From sequence record MW879344.1: DNA of 64,000 nucleotides; one strand, 5' to 3'. The notes below the pieces were generated by a model. That model was not told the origin of the DNA. It did not search any database and was given only the letters and a program-made list of their open reading frames with translations. Made by a program: the position numbers and the translations under genes. Shown here piece after piece: positions 1 through 9,489 of the stretch (positions are counted from its first letter, which is position 1; every line of letters starts with the position of its first letter).

Positions 1-3
1 AAA

Positions 4-405
4 TTGATAGATTTAATTAAATCAATCGAAAACATTTGTCCTAATCCAGATTGGAAATTACAAATGTACGGTGTTAATGATCCTATAGATTTAGATATTG
101 ATAAAATTACTGATGGTATGGAACTCGTTAATGAAGAAGATTTGAAAGAATTTTTTGATTTTGCACCTGTAAATGTAGAAATTTTAAAAGAATCCATTAA
201 ACTTAGAAGTGTATATGGTTCAGAATTGCATTACAGCTTAGGTTCAGGTATAGTTAATGAGAGCTACGTTACTGGTCTTCTAAAAGAAGAAATGACACTA
301 GATGGCACTCGTTTAAGTGCTGTACTAGGAGAAAACTATGACGTGCTAAGAAGTGGGAAAAACTACATTGTAGGCATCAACGGACGTTATATAGTACTAA
401 GATAA
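4..405 (+). CDS. hypothetical protein (may be 5'-truncated by the window)
   Basis: ORF track; stop overlaps next ATG. Confidence 0.6.
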   Translation: MIDLIKSIENICPNPDWKLQMYGVNDPIDLDIDKITDGMELVNEEDLKEFFDFAPVNVEILKESIKLRSVYGSELHYSLGSGIVNESYVTGLLKEEMTLDGTRLSAVLGENYDVLRSGKNYIVGINGRYIVLR

Positions 406-1199
406 TGAAAATATATAATATGTTAATTGCACTACATGAAAGTACTAAAACATCAATACAACAGTATGGTAATGTTGGTTTGAGTAAGCGTCTATATGTT
501 AGGACGTATGAAATCAACAGAATCGGAAAGAATTATGATGAAGTAAATCGCAATGATGTAAGTACTGAGATGGTTCTCAAAGCATATTTGGCACGTAAAG
601 TATACATTAATGAAAAATACCTTAGAGGAAGATTTTTAATTGATGAATTTTATGAGCAAGAGGTAGAATTCACTGAAGGTTTATGGAGAATATTCTCTAT
701 GGAAGTATTCGGTGAACTTCTTCCAGAGTTACCAGTACCTACTACATATAAAGAATTACAACATATATTTGATCATAGTGATATGTATAAAGAATTCAAT
801 TTATACACTACGGTCAAAGAAGCAGTTATTCATAATCAAATAGCTGATTCCGATAAATGTGTTAGTATTAGAGATTTCGATTTATTTTGTTCATTACCAG
901 GAATTCCTGGTTGGACTTCAGTACAGCATGGTGCAAGCCTTGTTGACGGTCGCACAGAAGCCCCACAAAGGCTACTACAAGCGTGTATGGGAATGTATAG
1001 ATATGATTATCTGAAATGCCCTGAACCGTATGAAAACTTCTGGAAAGAACGTGCTGAGGCTGCGATGAAAAAAGCAGTTGCAATTTTGGAAAGAACGTAT
1101 ATAATAAAATTTAGAAATGCAACGATGTACGGCATGACGCCTGTACCGGAAAGATTTGATCCGGTAACCTCGTTTCATTGGAATATCAAAAGGACGTGA
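405..1199 (+). CDS. hypothetical protein
   Basis: 264 aa ORF followed by hairpin-T-run terminator. Confidence 0.7.
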   Translation: MKIYNMLIALHESTKTSIQQYGNVGLSKRLYVRTYEINRIGKNYDEVNRNDVSTEMVLKAYLARKVYINEKYLRGRFLIDEFYEQEVEFTEGLWRIFSMEVFGELLPELPVPTTYKELQHIFDHSDMYKEFNLYTTVKEAVIHNQIADSDKCVSIRDFDLFCSLPGIPGWTSVQHGASLVDGRTEAPQRLLQACMGMYRYDYLKCPEPYENFWKERAEAAMKKAVAILERTYIIKFRNATMYGMTPVPERFDPVTSFHWNIKRT

Positions 1200-1219
1200 A
1201 TTTATTTTCGTCCTTTTTT
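1191..1219 (+). terminator. intrinsic terminator
   Basis: AAAAGGACG...CGTCCTTTTTT. Confidence 0.6.
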
Positions 1220-1228
1220 ATTTTCTCC

Positions 1229-1320
1229 CTTGACAGGGGTCACTTTTAAGCGTAGAATGTACCACATGAACACAGCGTAACAAAGTACTTGACAAAACGC
1301 TGAGTTCAATATAAAATCTT
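1229..1320 (+). promoter_or_regulatory. tandem sigma70-type early promoters
   Basis: TTGACA-N17-TAGAAT and TTGACA-N17-TAAAAT. Confidence 0.7.
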
Positions 1321-1349
1321 TCGAGTCAAAACCTAAAAAGGAAAAAGTA

Positions 1350-1940
1350 ATGAAAACTGTAAATTTCTTGTACACTGAAGGCGTTTCTTACAAAGCAACC
1401 AACGTTGAAAACATCGAGTCCGATGGTTATACTGTTGATTATTCTCGTACTGTTCAGAACGAATCTGGTACAGTTGTTGGGGTTGACTTCCGTTCTGTCA
1501 GTACCGAAGATTTGCTTTTCGCTACTGTAAAAGATCACAGTACTGGTATTGTTACAATCATCCCTGGTATCTACGATCATTTCGATATTGTGCCTAAAGG
1601 TAACGCGGTTACTCGTCAACAAAATATCGAACGCGAAGCGGCTGCCGTTGCAGCAAATCGTGCAGCAAAGGCACCAGAACGTAACGCTAAAGAACTTGCT
1701 AAGTTCGAAGCTCGCCGTGCAGCACGTAAAGCAGCATGGGAAGCTGAAAACGGCGTAACCCCTGTTGCCCCTGCTCCAACACCACGAGCCAAGGCTGTAG
1801 CTCCAGAAGCTCCTGTAATGATGATGAAAGCAGAGCCGACTCCTGCACCATCTGCAAATACTGCGATTGAACAGCTACGTAATGCTGGCGTTTCTGAAAG
1901 TGACATTGCAGTACTAAAATCTCTAAACGTGTTGAAATAA
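1350..1940 (+). CDS. early hypothetical protein with Ala/Pro-rich C-terminus
   Basis: ORF with AAGGA RBS behind two sigma70 promoters. Confidence 0.75.
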   Translation: MKTVNFLYTEGVSYKATNVENIESDGYTVDYSRTVQNESGTVVGVDFRSVSTEDLLFATVKDHSTGIVTIIPGIYDHFDIVPKGNAVTRQQNIEREAAAVAANRAAKAPERNAKELAKFEARRAARKAAWEAENGVTPVAPAPTPRAKAVAPEAPVMMMKAEPTPAPSANTAIEQLRNAGVSESDIAVLKSLNVLK

Positions 1941-1969
1941 TTTGACACTCTGATAAAAAAGGATATATA

Positions 1970-2170
1970 ATGGAAACCGGAAAATACTTAGTAGTATCGC
2001 GTGATAAGACAACCAAGCGTTGTTCTATGTCTGCATCACCAAAAGAGCATAGCACTGAAGCAGTTGCGAAAGCAGAAGCGGCACGTCTAGCTCAAGAAAA
2101 CCAAGAAAAAGAATTCACTGTTGTACGTGTAGTCGCTACAGCAACAGTTGCTAAGGTTTCTTGGCGTTAA
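1970..2170 (+). CDS. small hypothetical protein
   Basis: own TTGACA/TATAAT promoter, AAGGA RBS, terminator after. Confidence 0.7.
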   Translation: METGKYLVVSRDKTTKRCSMSASPKEHSTEAVAKAEAARLAQENQEKEFTVVRVVATATVAKVSWR

Positions 2171-2229
2171 TTACAACGGGGAGTTCTAGAACTCCCCGAT
2201 CTTTTAAGTAAACAGCGAGATTAAAATCC

Positions 2230-3390
2230 ATGAAAGGCAAATATTTTTTCAAAGATACAAATGGAAATCCTGTCGAAATTCAAGAATTCGACTACGAGTA
2301 TGTTCGTAATTCTTTGCTAAAAGTTTTTGATAAAAATGTCGCAAAGAAATACATCTTTAATGTGGTCGTTCGTCGTGATTATGATTCGATGGGATTACCA
2401 GTTTTTGATGTTCGTCCATTAAATTTAAATGAAATCTATTATGATAGTACACGTCTTCGTGTACTAGAAATGATGCTTGATGACATTTACTTTGGTCGCA
2501 TCTCTATCAAAGAACTGGCAGTTCCACGGTTGCAGCAAGAATATAACGAATTCTTGGAAGGTCGCACTAAACCCGCACCAGTTCCGGCAATTCCTGATGT
2601 TCCTGCACCGATAGTTCATACTCGTGTTGAAATCAGTGAAAACGATCCACGAATCATGAAAATTGCGACCATTGATTCTAATGTACCAATCTTACCAATG
2701 AAGGTACTTGATTGGATTGACAACTTCGAAGTGTGTAGTCAAGAAATGACTGTATGTACTCAGAAGTTGTCAGAAGAACAAATTCGTCTAGTACAAGTAT
2801 TGAAAACAAATAGTGATTACATTCACAGCGTGTTTTCGAACTTAACTTCTGTACTAGAAACTATGTTCCCATTGAAACCTTCGTTCACACAACGTTTGTT
2901 TGGAACAAAGAAAGATATTGAAGTTAAACAGGATGAATTGGGTACTATTCTCAGTACTTTGCGAAATGCGGTTTCTGTTGACCCGAACCGTTTTAGTGGT
3001 ATTGGTGAAGTGTTTAAAAACATCCAAAGTAGTATTCAGGAAATAAAAGATAGTGTAGAACAAGGTGTTGTTGGTTGTAAGTACGTGATTCAAACAACCG
3101 AAGATGCATATGAGTTTGAATTACGCCAAGAGCGTTTGATGAAAATTCGTGCTACTACTGAAATTTCTGAACTGTCTTTGGTAACTATCAATAAGAAGTT
3201 TCTTTCTGACTTGAATAAGTTAAAAGAAGTACAAGAAGTGGTAGTCCCTCTGTTAATTATTAAATTACAGAATCAGGCTACTAAGAAGGTTGATGACGAA
3301 ACGGTCAATATTATCCGCAATCTGGCATATAGCCGTGATGCTGAAAAACCGATTCTACCACCTGAATATAAACCTGAAGATGATTACTAA
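2230..3390 (+). CDS. hypothetical protein with TelA-like coiled-coil C-terminal half
   Basis: SFTQRLFG segment and long amphipathic helices; adjacent to telA. Confidence 0.5.
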   Translation: MKGKYFFKDTNGNPVEIQEFDYEYVRNSLLKVFDKNVAKKYIFNVVVRRDYDSMGLPVFDVRPLNLNEIYYDSTRLRVLEMMLDDIYFGRISIKELAVPRLQQEYNEFLEGRTKPAPVPAIPDVPAPIVHTRVEISENDPRIMKIATIDSNVPILPMKVLDWIDNFEVCSQEMTVCTQKLSEEQIRLVQVLKTNSDYIHSVFSNLTSVLETMFPLKPSFTQRLFGTKKDIEVKQDELGTILSTLRNAVSVDPNRFSGIGEVFKNIQSSIQEIKDSVEQGVVGCKYVIQTTEDAYEFELRQERLMKIRATTEISELSLVTINKKFLSDLNKLKEVQEVVVPLLIIKLQNQATKKVDDETVNIIRNLAYSRDAEKPILPPEYKPEDDY

Positions 3391-3480
3391 AATCTCTTGA
3401 CATGCCATGAGAGTGCTGATATAATCTTTTACATCAAGACGACACACTCTCCCATTAACTTAGAATGAAGGAATTACCCA

Positions 3481-4620
3481 ATGATTGACGATCAGATGAA
3501 CGGTTTTGAAGCGGAACAGCAGCCAGCGAAACGTACTCGTAAGCCACGTGCAAAGGCGACGAAACAAGCTGAACCAGTAACTATCGATCAAGATGTGTTC
3601 GAACAAGAACAAAAAAATCTGCCAGTACTGCGTGATGCTAAAGGCACACAAATGGAACTGACAGTATCGAACATCCATTCGTTGGGTTCAGATGCTGGTC
3701 AGAATATTGGTAAATTGTCAGAAGAAATTCTGTCTAAAGTAAAAGTTGCAAATACTGGTGAACTCGGTGAAGGTATTTCAAACATTCTGACTCTGACCCG
3801 TAAAGTCGATATTACACGGCTCGGAACTCAGCAAACAGGTATTCTGTCTCGTGTTTGGAACATCTTTGGTGATACTAAACAAAAAGTACTCGACCAGTTC
3901 GAAACCAGCAAAGACCAGATCGAAAAGATCACTACTACATTAAGTACTGGTATTGATCGTATGCGTGGTGAAGCAGTTTGGCTTGAAAATGCATATGACG
4001 CTAACATTGAATATCTCCATGAACTAGAAGATATTCTGGATAACGTCGATATGGTTAAAGAGATCGAAGATAAAAAGTTATCAGTACTGATGGGTAATCC
4101 AGATACTCCAATGAACGTTCTGGATGAACAACGTATCATCACTGATGCATTGGACAAACAAGCTGATAAACTTCGCCGTTTAGTTCAACTTGCTAAATTG
4201 ACTGCACCTCAAATTGCATCAATGCGTAAAGTGAACGTTAACACTGTTGAAAAGTTTGAATCTCTAAACACAGTTGTAATTCCAGCATGGAAAAACAACA
4301 TGAGCTTGAGTCTCATCAGCTTGCAACAGAAGAAAGATAACGAGTTGTCAAACATGATTGACAATGAAACTAACCGTCTGTTGAAGGATAACGCAAAAAC
4401 CGTGTCTCAGAACATGAAAGACGCAGCAGCAGCGAACCAGCGTGGTGTTATTGATTTGAATACTCTCCAATCTATCCAGAACGATATGTTGGCTGGTATT
4501 AAAGAAACAATCCGCATCGAAGAAACTGGTCGTCAAGAGCGTAAACAAGCTGCAATTCAAATGCAAAAAATGGATAATGATCTGAAAAATGCACTACGTG
4601 ACATTGCTCAGAAAAAATAA
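3481..4620 (+). CDS. telA: toxic anion (tellurite) resistance protein TelA/KlaA family
   Basis: LGSDAGQNIGKLSEEILSKV, ILSRVWNIFG, TVVIPAWKNNMSL motifs; coiled-coil. Confidence 0.85.
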   Translation: MIDDQMNGFEAEQQPAKRTRKPRAKATKQAEPVTIDQDVFEQEQKNLPVLRDAKGTQMELTVSNIHSLGSDAGQNIGKLSEEILSKVKVANTGELGEGISNILTLTRKVDITRLGTQQTGILSRVWNIFGDTKQKVLDQFETSKDQIEKITTTLSTGIDRMRGEAVWLENAYDANIEYLHELEDILDNVDMVKEIEDKKLSVLMGNPDTPMNVLDEQRIITDALDKQADKLRRLVQLAKLTAPQIASMRKVNVNTVEKFESLNTVVIPAWKNNMSLSLISLQQKKDNELSNMIDNETNRLLKDNAKTVSQNMKDAAAANQRGVIDLNTLQSIQNDMLAGIKETIRIEETGRQERKQAAIQMQKMDNDLKNALRDIAQKK

Positions 4621-4641
4621 TCTAACAAAGTAGTAATACAT

Positions 4642-4667
4642 AAGGTTCCCAAAAGGGAACCTTTTTT
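4642..4667 (+). terminator. intrinsic terminator
   Basis: AAGGTTCCC-AAAA-GGGAACCTT followed by T-run. Confidence 0.7.
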
Positions 4668-4670
4668 CAT

Positions 4671-5012
4671 ATGGAGAAAATAAACATGGATTCTATTCAT
4701 ACTAAAGAACTTTTGGATAAATTATCGGAAATTATTACTGAAGGTGATTTTGAAGAAGATGCTAACGGTGAGTACAATGATGAAAAAATCAAATATGTAC
4801 AAGTAGAAGAAGGTGATTGGGTTGATGAAGGAAAGTACTCATATCGTGATGATACATTCTTCTTTCCAGATCTAAACGTATATGTAAATGTAGGCCAATC
4901 TCGTTCAGGATCATATTACAGTGATTATTACTATGATGATCCTAGTTTTATGTTCGTAGAACCACAAACAAAAACAGTAGTAACTACTGTATATGTAGGA
5001 ATTAAACTATGA
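4671..5012 (+). CDS. hypothetical phage protein
   Basis: ORF track; acidic/aromatic-rich. Confidence 0.65.
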   Translation: MEKINMDSIHTKELLDKLSEIITEGDFEEDANGEYNDEKIKYVQVEEGDWVDEGKYSYRDDTFFFPDLNVYVNVGQSRSGSYYSDYYYDDPSFMFVEPQTKTVVTTVYVGIKL

Positions 5013-5677
5013 GATTTTGTCTAGATATTGAAACTCTTGCAACACCAGAACAATCAGGATATGGTATTGTAATTCCTAATTACGCTATTGTTAAAATTCC
5101 TGAAGTACTAACTTCAGAATTAGAATGGATGTATGTACAACTTCCAATTCAAGAACAACTTGACCTTGGATTAAAAACAGATGCTCCTACTATGAATTTC
5201 TGGTTTAATATATGTGCACAGGAATTCCCATTAGCATTGTGCGAAATGCAAAAATCCTTCACTTTGAAAAATTCAAAAGTTATTATCAATGGTGAAGATG
5301 TTGATTCACACAATATCCCATTAATGCTAAGAAATTTCTTACATGGTTCTGATAAAATTGATAATAAAGTTAAAGTATTTGGTAATGGTTGTCACTTTGA
5401 CTGTTCAATTTTACAAGAAAATCATCGTGTTCTTTTTGGTGAGGGTAATCTATGGCATTATAGTGCACCTAATAATATCCGCACCTTACGCTTACTACTA
5501 AGTGAGCAGGAAGAACAAGATATGAAAGAAGCAGTAGAGCCAGTACTAGAGCAATTTTGTCAGGCAATGGATGAACAGGGTTATACTTATGATCTATGTT
5601 TACATAATCCAATCTTTGACGCTGCAAAAGAAGCATTATTCGCTACCTATATTCTAAATCTTAAAAAATCCACTTGA
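5009..5677 (+). CDS. DEDDh 3'-5' exonuclease (DexA/RNase T-like)
   Basis: LDIETL (ExoI), GNGCHFD (ExoII), HNPIFDA (ExoIII). Confidence 0.8.
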   Translation: MRFCLDIETLATPEQSGYGIVIPNYAIVKIPEVLTSELEWMYVQLPIQEQLDLGLKTDAPTMNFWFNICAQEFPLALCEMQKSFTLKNSKVIINGEDVDSHNIPLMLRNFLHGSDKIDNKVKVFGNGCHFDCSILQENHRVLFGEGNLWHYSAPNNIRTLRLLLSEQEEQDMKEAVEPVLEQFCQAMDEQGYTYDLCLHNPIFDAAKEALFATYILNLKKST

Positions 5678-5733
5678 CATGAGGTGGACAGTACTATATA
5701 ATAACCATGTTATCAACTAACTAGGCGAAAATC

Positions 5734-6828
5734 ATGGATTTTGTAATAATTGCATTACCTGCATTATTAACCTGTATAATCATGAAGTTCATTTTTAAGC
5801 ATGACATTACAGTAAAAGAATTTTTCATTCATTGTGGAGCAGCAATCGCCGCTATTGCTTTGATGATGGCAATCACGTATGCAAGTATGTATGCATCGAT
5901 GGCTGATCGGGAAATTCTTAATGGTAAAGTACTGTCCAAAACAAGGGAAGTAGAAACTTGTACTCAATACAGTTCATGTAAACATTATCATTGGAAAGAA
6001 AAATGCCACTATTATACTGATAGTAAAGGTAAACGACAAAAATCATGCGAATCATATAAAGTTTTTGACTACCGTTATGAAGTAGATTGGTATGTAAAAA
6101 CATCAGTTGATCGTCATGAAATTGAACGTGTAAACCGACAAGGTACTTCTATACCTCCAAGGTGGGAAATGGTTAAGATTGGCGATCCTGCCAGTACTAC
6201 CCATATGTACATTAACTATCTGTTAGGAAACGAAGATTCATTATTCTATCAGGAACAGTACAAGAAAGATTTTACTGAAGAATATAAAAAGACTTTACCT
6301 GAATATCCACAAATTTATGATTATTATCGAATTAATCATGTAATAAATTTGACAAAGCTACCAGATTCAGGGTATAATGATTACATCAACAACGTTCTGC
6401 GTGATATGGGTGAAAGCCAGCAAGTAAATCTTGTTTTGATAATGTATCCGTATGAAAATAAATCATTCGTACAAGGCGTTACTGCTAAATGGCGTGGTGG
6501 TAAGAAGAACGATGTGATTATGTTCTTTGGATTAGATAGTGAAGGGCGTGTTCAGAACTTTAGTAGTACTTCATTCGGTAAAGGTATGAAGAACGAGTTT
6601 CTACACAGTCAATTACGTATGACTGCATTAACTGAACAAATGTCACTTGACTTAGTGCAGAAAACAGTGCAAGATGTACAAAAGAATTTCAAACGGCTTC
6701 CAAATGCGGAATTCGAATATTTGAAATATAAACTTGAACCGAGTCGTTGGGTTGTGATATTATGTTCACTCTTAGCGTTAGGTATCTCAATCGGTGTTGG
6801 AATGTACATGAGGAAAGTAGATTTATGA
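5734..6828 (+). CDS. membrane protein, N- and C-terminal TM helices with large soluble domain
   Basis: hydrophobic termini; own sigma70 promoter at about 5675. Confidence 0.7.
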   Translation: MDFVIIALPALLTCIIMKFIFKHDITVKEFFIHCGAAIAAIALMMAITYASMYASMADREILNGKVLSKTREVETCTQYSSCKHYHWKEKCHYYTDSKGKRQKSCESYKVFDYRYEVDWYVKTSVDRHEIERVNRQGTSIPPRWEMVKIGDPASTTHMYINYLLGNEDSLFYQEQYKKDFTEEYKKTLPEYPQIYDYYRINHVINLTKLPDSGYNDYINNVLRDMGESQQVNLVLIMYPYENKSFVQGVTAKWRGGKKNDVIMFFGLDSEGRVQNFSSTSFGKGMKNEFLHSQLRMTALTEQMSLDLVQKTVQDVQKNFKRLPNAEFEYLKYKLEPSRWVVILCSLLALGISIGVGMYMRKVDL

Positions 6829-7382
6829 AGAACGGTATTATTGCAGTACTAATCGCATTTTTTGTTGTAATCGTTGTTGGTGGCATCGGTCTGTTTTCAG
6901 CTTATACTGGAACATACGATACAGCGAACAAGTTCGAACACAACATTGAACGTCTTAACAAAGCAAGTGAATCAGAGTTAAGTACCTTTACACTTAAAGT
7001 ACAGGAACAAGCTCAAATTCCTGCAATGTATAAAGATGATTTAAAAGACGTACTGAAAACTTACTTCGAAGGTCGTGGTAAGCAAGATGATACATATGTG
7101 CGTTCATTCGTTAAACAAGCACTACCAGAGTTCAGTACAAAAATGTACGAAAACTTGATGGTTACTATTGATGCTGGTCGTGATGCATTCAATAATATCC
7201 AGAAACAAAAAATTGATGCTTGTTCCGATTATGGCGAATACCGTGGAAAGTTCTGGAATAAGAAAATTCTTTCCGGTGAGTACCCGTCAAAGAACATCGA
7301 AGATATGTGTAAAGTAATCAGTGATGCTCGTACCAAAACAGCATTCGCAACTGGTGAACAAGAAGTAATTAAACTACGTTAA
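6825..7382 (+). CDS. membrane-anchored helical protein (LemA-like)
   Basis: single N-terminal TM then amphipathic helices; ATG overlaps previous stop. Confidence 0.5.
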   Translation: MKNGIIAVLIAFFVVIVVGGIGLFSAYTGTYDTANKFEHNIERLNKASESELSTFTLKVQEQAQIPAMYKDDLKDVLKTYFEGRGKQDDTYVRSFVKQALPEFSTKMYENLMVTIDAGRDAFNNIQKQKIDACSDYGEYRGKFWNKKILSGEYPSKNIEDMCKVISDARTKTAFATGEQEVIKLR

Positions 7383-7424
7383 CAATTAAAGCTACCTTCG
7401 GGTAGCTTTTTTGTATGGATTTTT

Positions 7425-7937
7425 ATGGAAAAATTAATACCCTTTAATATATGGTACAATGATTTAGAAGAACTACTTTCTATTGTAAACAAATCAAATC
7501 TTGAAGTACTGAAATATGCTAACTCTTATGTATTTGGGAATTTTAAATTTACTACACCAATGGAGAATTTATACAAATTCACAATTAGTAGAAATGCATC
7601 ACAATTTAATCCCCCTCCACCACCTCCACCATCTTTAAGTTCTAATGTTGGTTTAGCGTCATTTGGATCAACATTTAAACAAGACCTAATTAGTTATTCA
7701 GTATCATTAACTTTTACCAAAGATTTTATGGTTAAACTCGAAGTTACTGAAAACTGGAGTGGTACTTTTGAACATGACAAAAACATTCATAGTATTATTT
7801 TTGATAAAGATAATATTTTGGTTAATGGAAATTGGTATAAGGTTGATTCACCAGAACCGTTTATGAATGATATATCTGAAGATGATATTAGTATTTTAGC
7901 AGTACTTGATGTTATGAGTAGGTTTAATCCACAATGA
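7425..7937 (+). CDS. hypothetical protein
   Basis: ORF track. Confidence 0.6.
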   Translation: MEKLIPFNIWYNDLEELLSIVNKSNLEVLKYANSYVFGNFKFTTPMENLYKFTISRNASQFNPPPPPPPSLSSNVGLASFGSTFKQDLISYSVSLTFTKDFMVKLEVTENWSGTFEHDKNIHSIIFDKDNILVNGNWYKVDSPEPFMNDISEDDISILAVLDVMSRFNPQ

Positions 7938-8410
7938 TACATGAAATGAAATGTAATAAGGATCTTCCTTATAATGACATTATAAAAATTATTACAAATG
8001 TACTAGAATCTATGACTGATATTGATTTTAGCATTTTTGATCATATGACTGATTCAGAAGATTATGTTGAAGTTAATGTTGGAATGAAAGCCAGTAAAGA
8101 TAAAGATAACATAATATTCTATGGAAAAATGGGTGAAGAATTTTTTATTAGAATTTGCTTTAGAGATTCGAAATTACATTTTGTAAAAGTGATACATACC
8201 AAAAGTTCACATTTAATTTTACAATTTTATGTTGGAGAAAAAAAGTACTTGATTAATGAGATGTGGTTTGATAGAATAGAGTTCGAGTCAAAGGCATTCC
8301 AAATGGATACCACAAATGAATTACCATTTAGCCTTCTTGACATAAATGAAATTTTTAAAATTATGGGAGTTGCATATGTTCACGATAATTCTGACTCTGG
8401 TACTGACTAA
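7934..8410 (+). CDS. hypothetical protein (divergent xxFQ-motif family member)
   Basis: C-terminal ESKAFQMDTT. Confidence 0.6.
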   Translation: MIHEMKCNKDLPYNDIIKIITNVLESMTDIDFSIFDHMTDSEDYVEVNVGMKASKDKDNIIFYGKMGEEFFIRICFRDSKLHFVKVIHTKSSHLILQFYVGEKKYLINEMWFDRIEFESKAFQMDTTNELPFSLLDINEIFKIMGVAYVHDNSDSGTD

Positions 8411-8558
8411 TCAATCATCAAGCTCAGTAACTTACGGGTCATTCGATGATATTGATAAATGTAAAACTGCCATTTCTGAAGTGAAAAAAGAATATATTGG
8501 AAGTTCAGTCCGTGAAGTTATTGGGCGTTGTGCTCGTGCTAAGTAAGAGGAATAAATT

Positions 8559-8915
8559 ATGTCATGGTATTTTCTGGTAATTGTAATTTGTCTAGTACTG
8601 AATTTTGTAATTTGGTACGCATTCAGTCGCTGGTATCTTAAAGATGATTTTGTCATCATTATTGGCGACAATATGAAACGTTTTATGAAAACAATGTTAC
8701 TAGCGGTTGTTATTGCTACATTACTATGTTCCGTAAAACTATTCAAAATGAGTTCTTGTGCTACTAAAGGTTTCATTACTAATGCAAGTACTCAATATTC
8801 ATGGGTAATGGATCAATGTCAAGCTAAAAACGCCACTGGTGTTTATGTTGATATTGAACGTACACGTGGAACTCCTGGTGAAGACCACGGAATTGTAGAC
8901 GATACAGCGAACTAA
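8559..8915 (+). CDS. membrane protein
   Basis: two hydrophobic segments; GAGGA RBS. Confidence 0.6.
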   Translation: MSWYFLVIVICLVLNFVIWYAFSRWYLKDDFVIIIGDNMKRFMKTMLLAVVIATLLCSVKLFKMSSCATKGFITNASTQYSWVMDQCQAKNATGVYVDIERTRGTPGEDHGIVDDTAN

Positions 8916-8955
8916 ATACAATCCCCCAAATGGGGGATTTTTGCTATGGAAAATT

Positions 8956-9441
8956 ATGTTTGAATTTGAACAAGAACCTATATATAATCCTGATGAAGAT
9001 GGAATTACTCATATAAACATCTATAGTCAGGCCAAGACTGAACTTGGAAGACTTTTATCTAACTTTGCACATTCACCATTTGTATATGAACCTTATGGAA
9101 AATTTGAAAGTGGTGAGGGTTTTTGGTACTGGTATCTTACTGGACAACAACATGATTCATTAAGATACTTATCAGGATTTGAAGCAAAGAAAGAAGGAAA
9201 AAAATATAGAAATGATCGGTTAGACGTGTTAGGATTAACCGATGAAGATTTAGAAGTAATGATGCAAATGTTAGCACTTAAAGTGGCTTATAATCCACAC
9301 ATTGCAGCATTGTTAAAAGAAAGTACACTACCATTTTGCCACTATTATAACTATAGTGGAAGGGTAATAATGTGTACTGAATTCGATTGGTTATCTTCTG
9401 CCTATGCAGATATTAGAACAGTACTTAATGAATCGAACTGA
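8956..9441 (+). CDS. NADAR/YbiA-like protein (T4 30.3-like)
   Basis: DGITHINIYS..KTELGRLLSNFAHSPF and ESGEGFWYW motifs. Confidence 0.65.
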   Translation: MFEFEQEPIYNPDEDGITHINIYSQAKTELGRLLSNFAHSPFVYEPYGKFESGEGFWYWYLTGQQHDSLRYLSGFEAKKEGKKYRNDRLDVLGLTDEDLEVMMQMLALKVAYNPHIAALLKESTLPFCHYYNYSGRVIMCTEFDWLSSAYADIRTVLNESN

Positions 9442-9489
9442 TCAATTATTGATCAGAAATATAAATAGTTTTACCTTATTTTATACAAC

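Noticed and set aside
7611-7632. Poly-proline tract PPPPPPP
   Set aside because: Short low-complexity linker with no further pattern.
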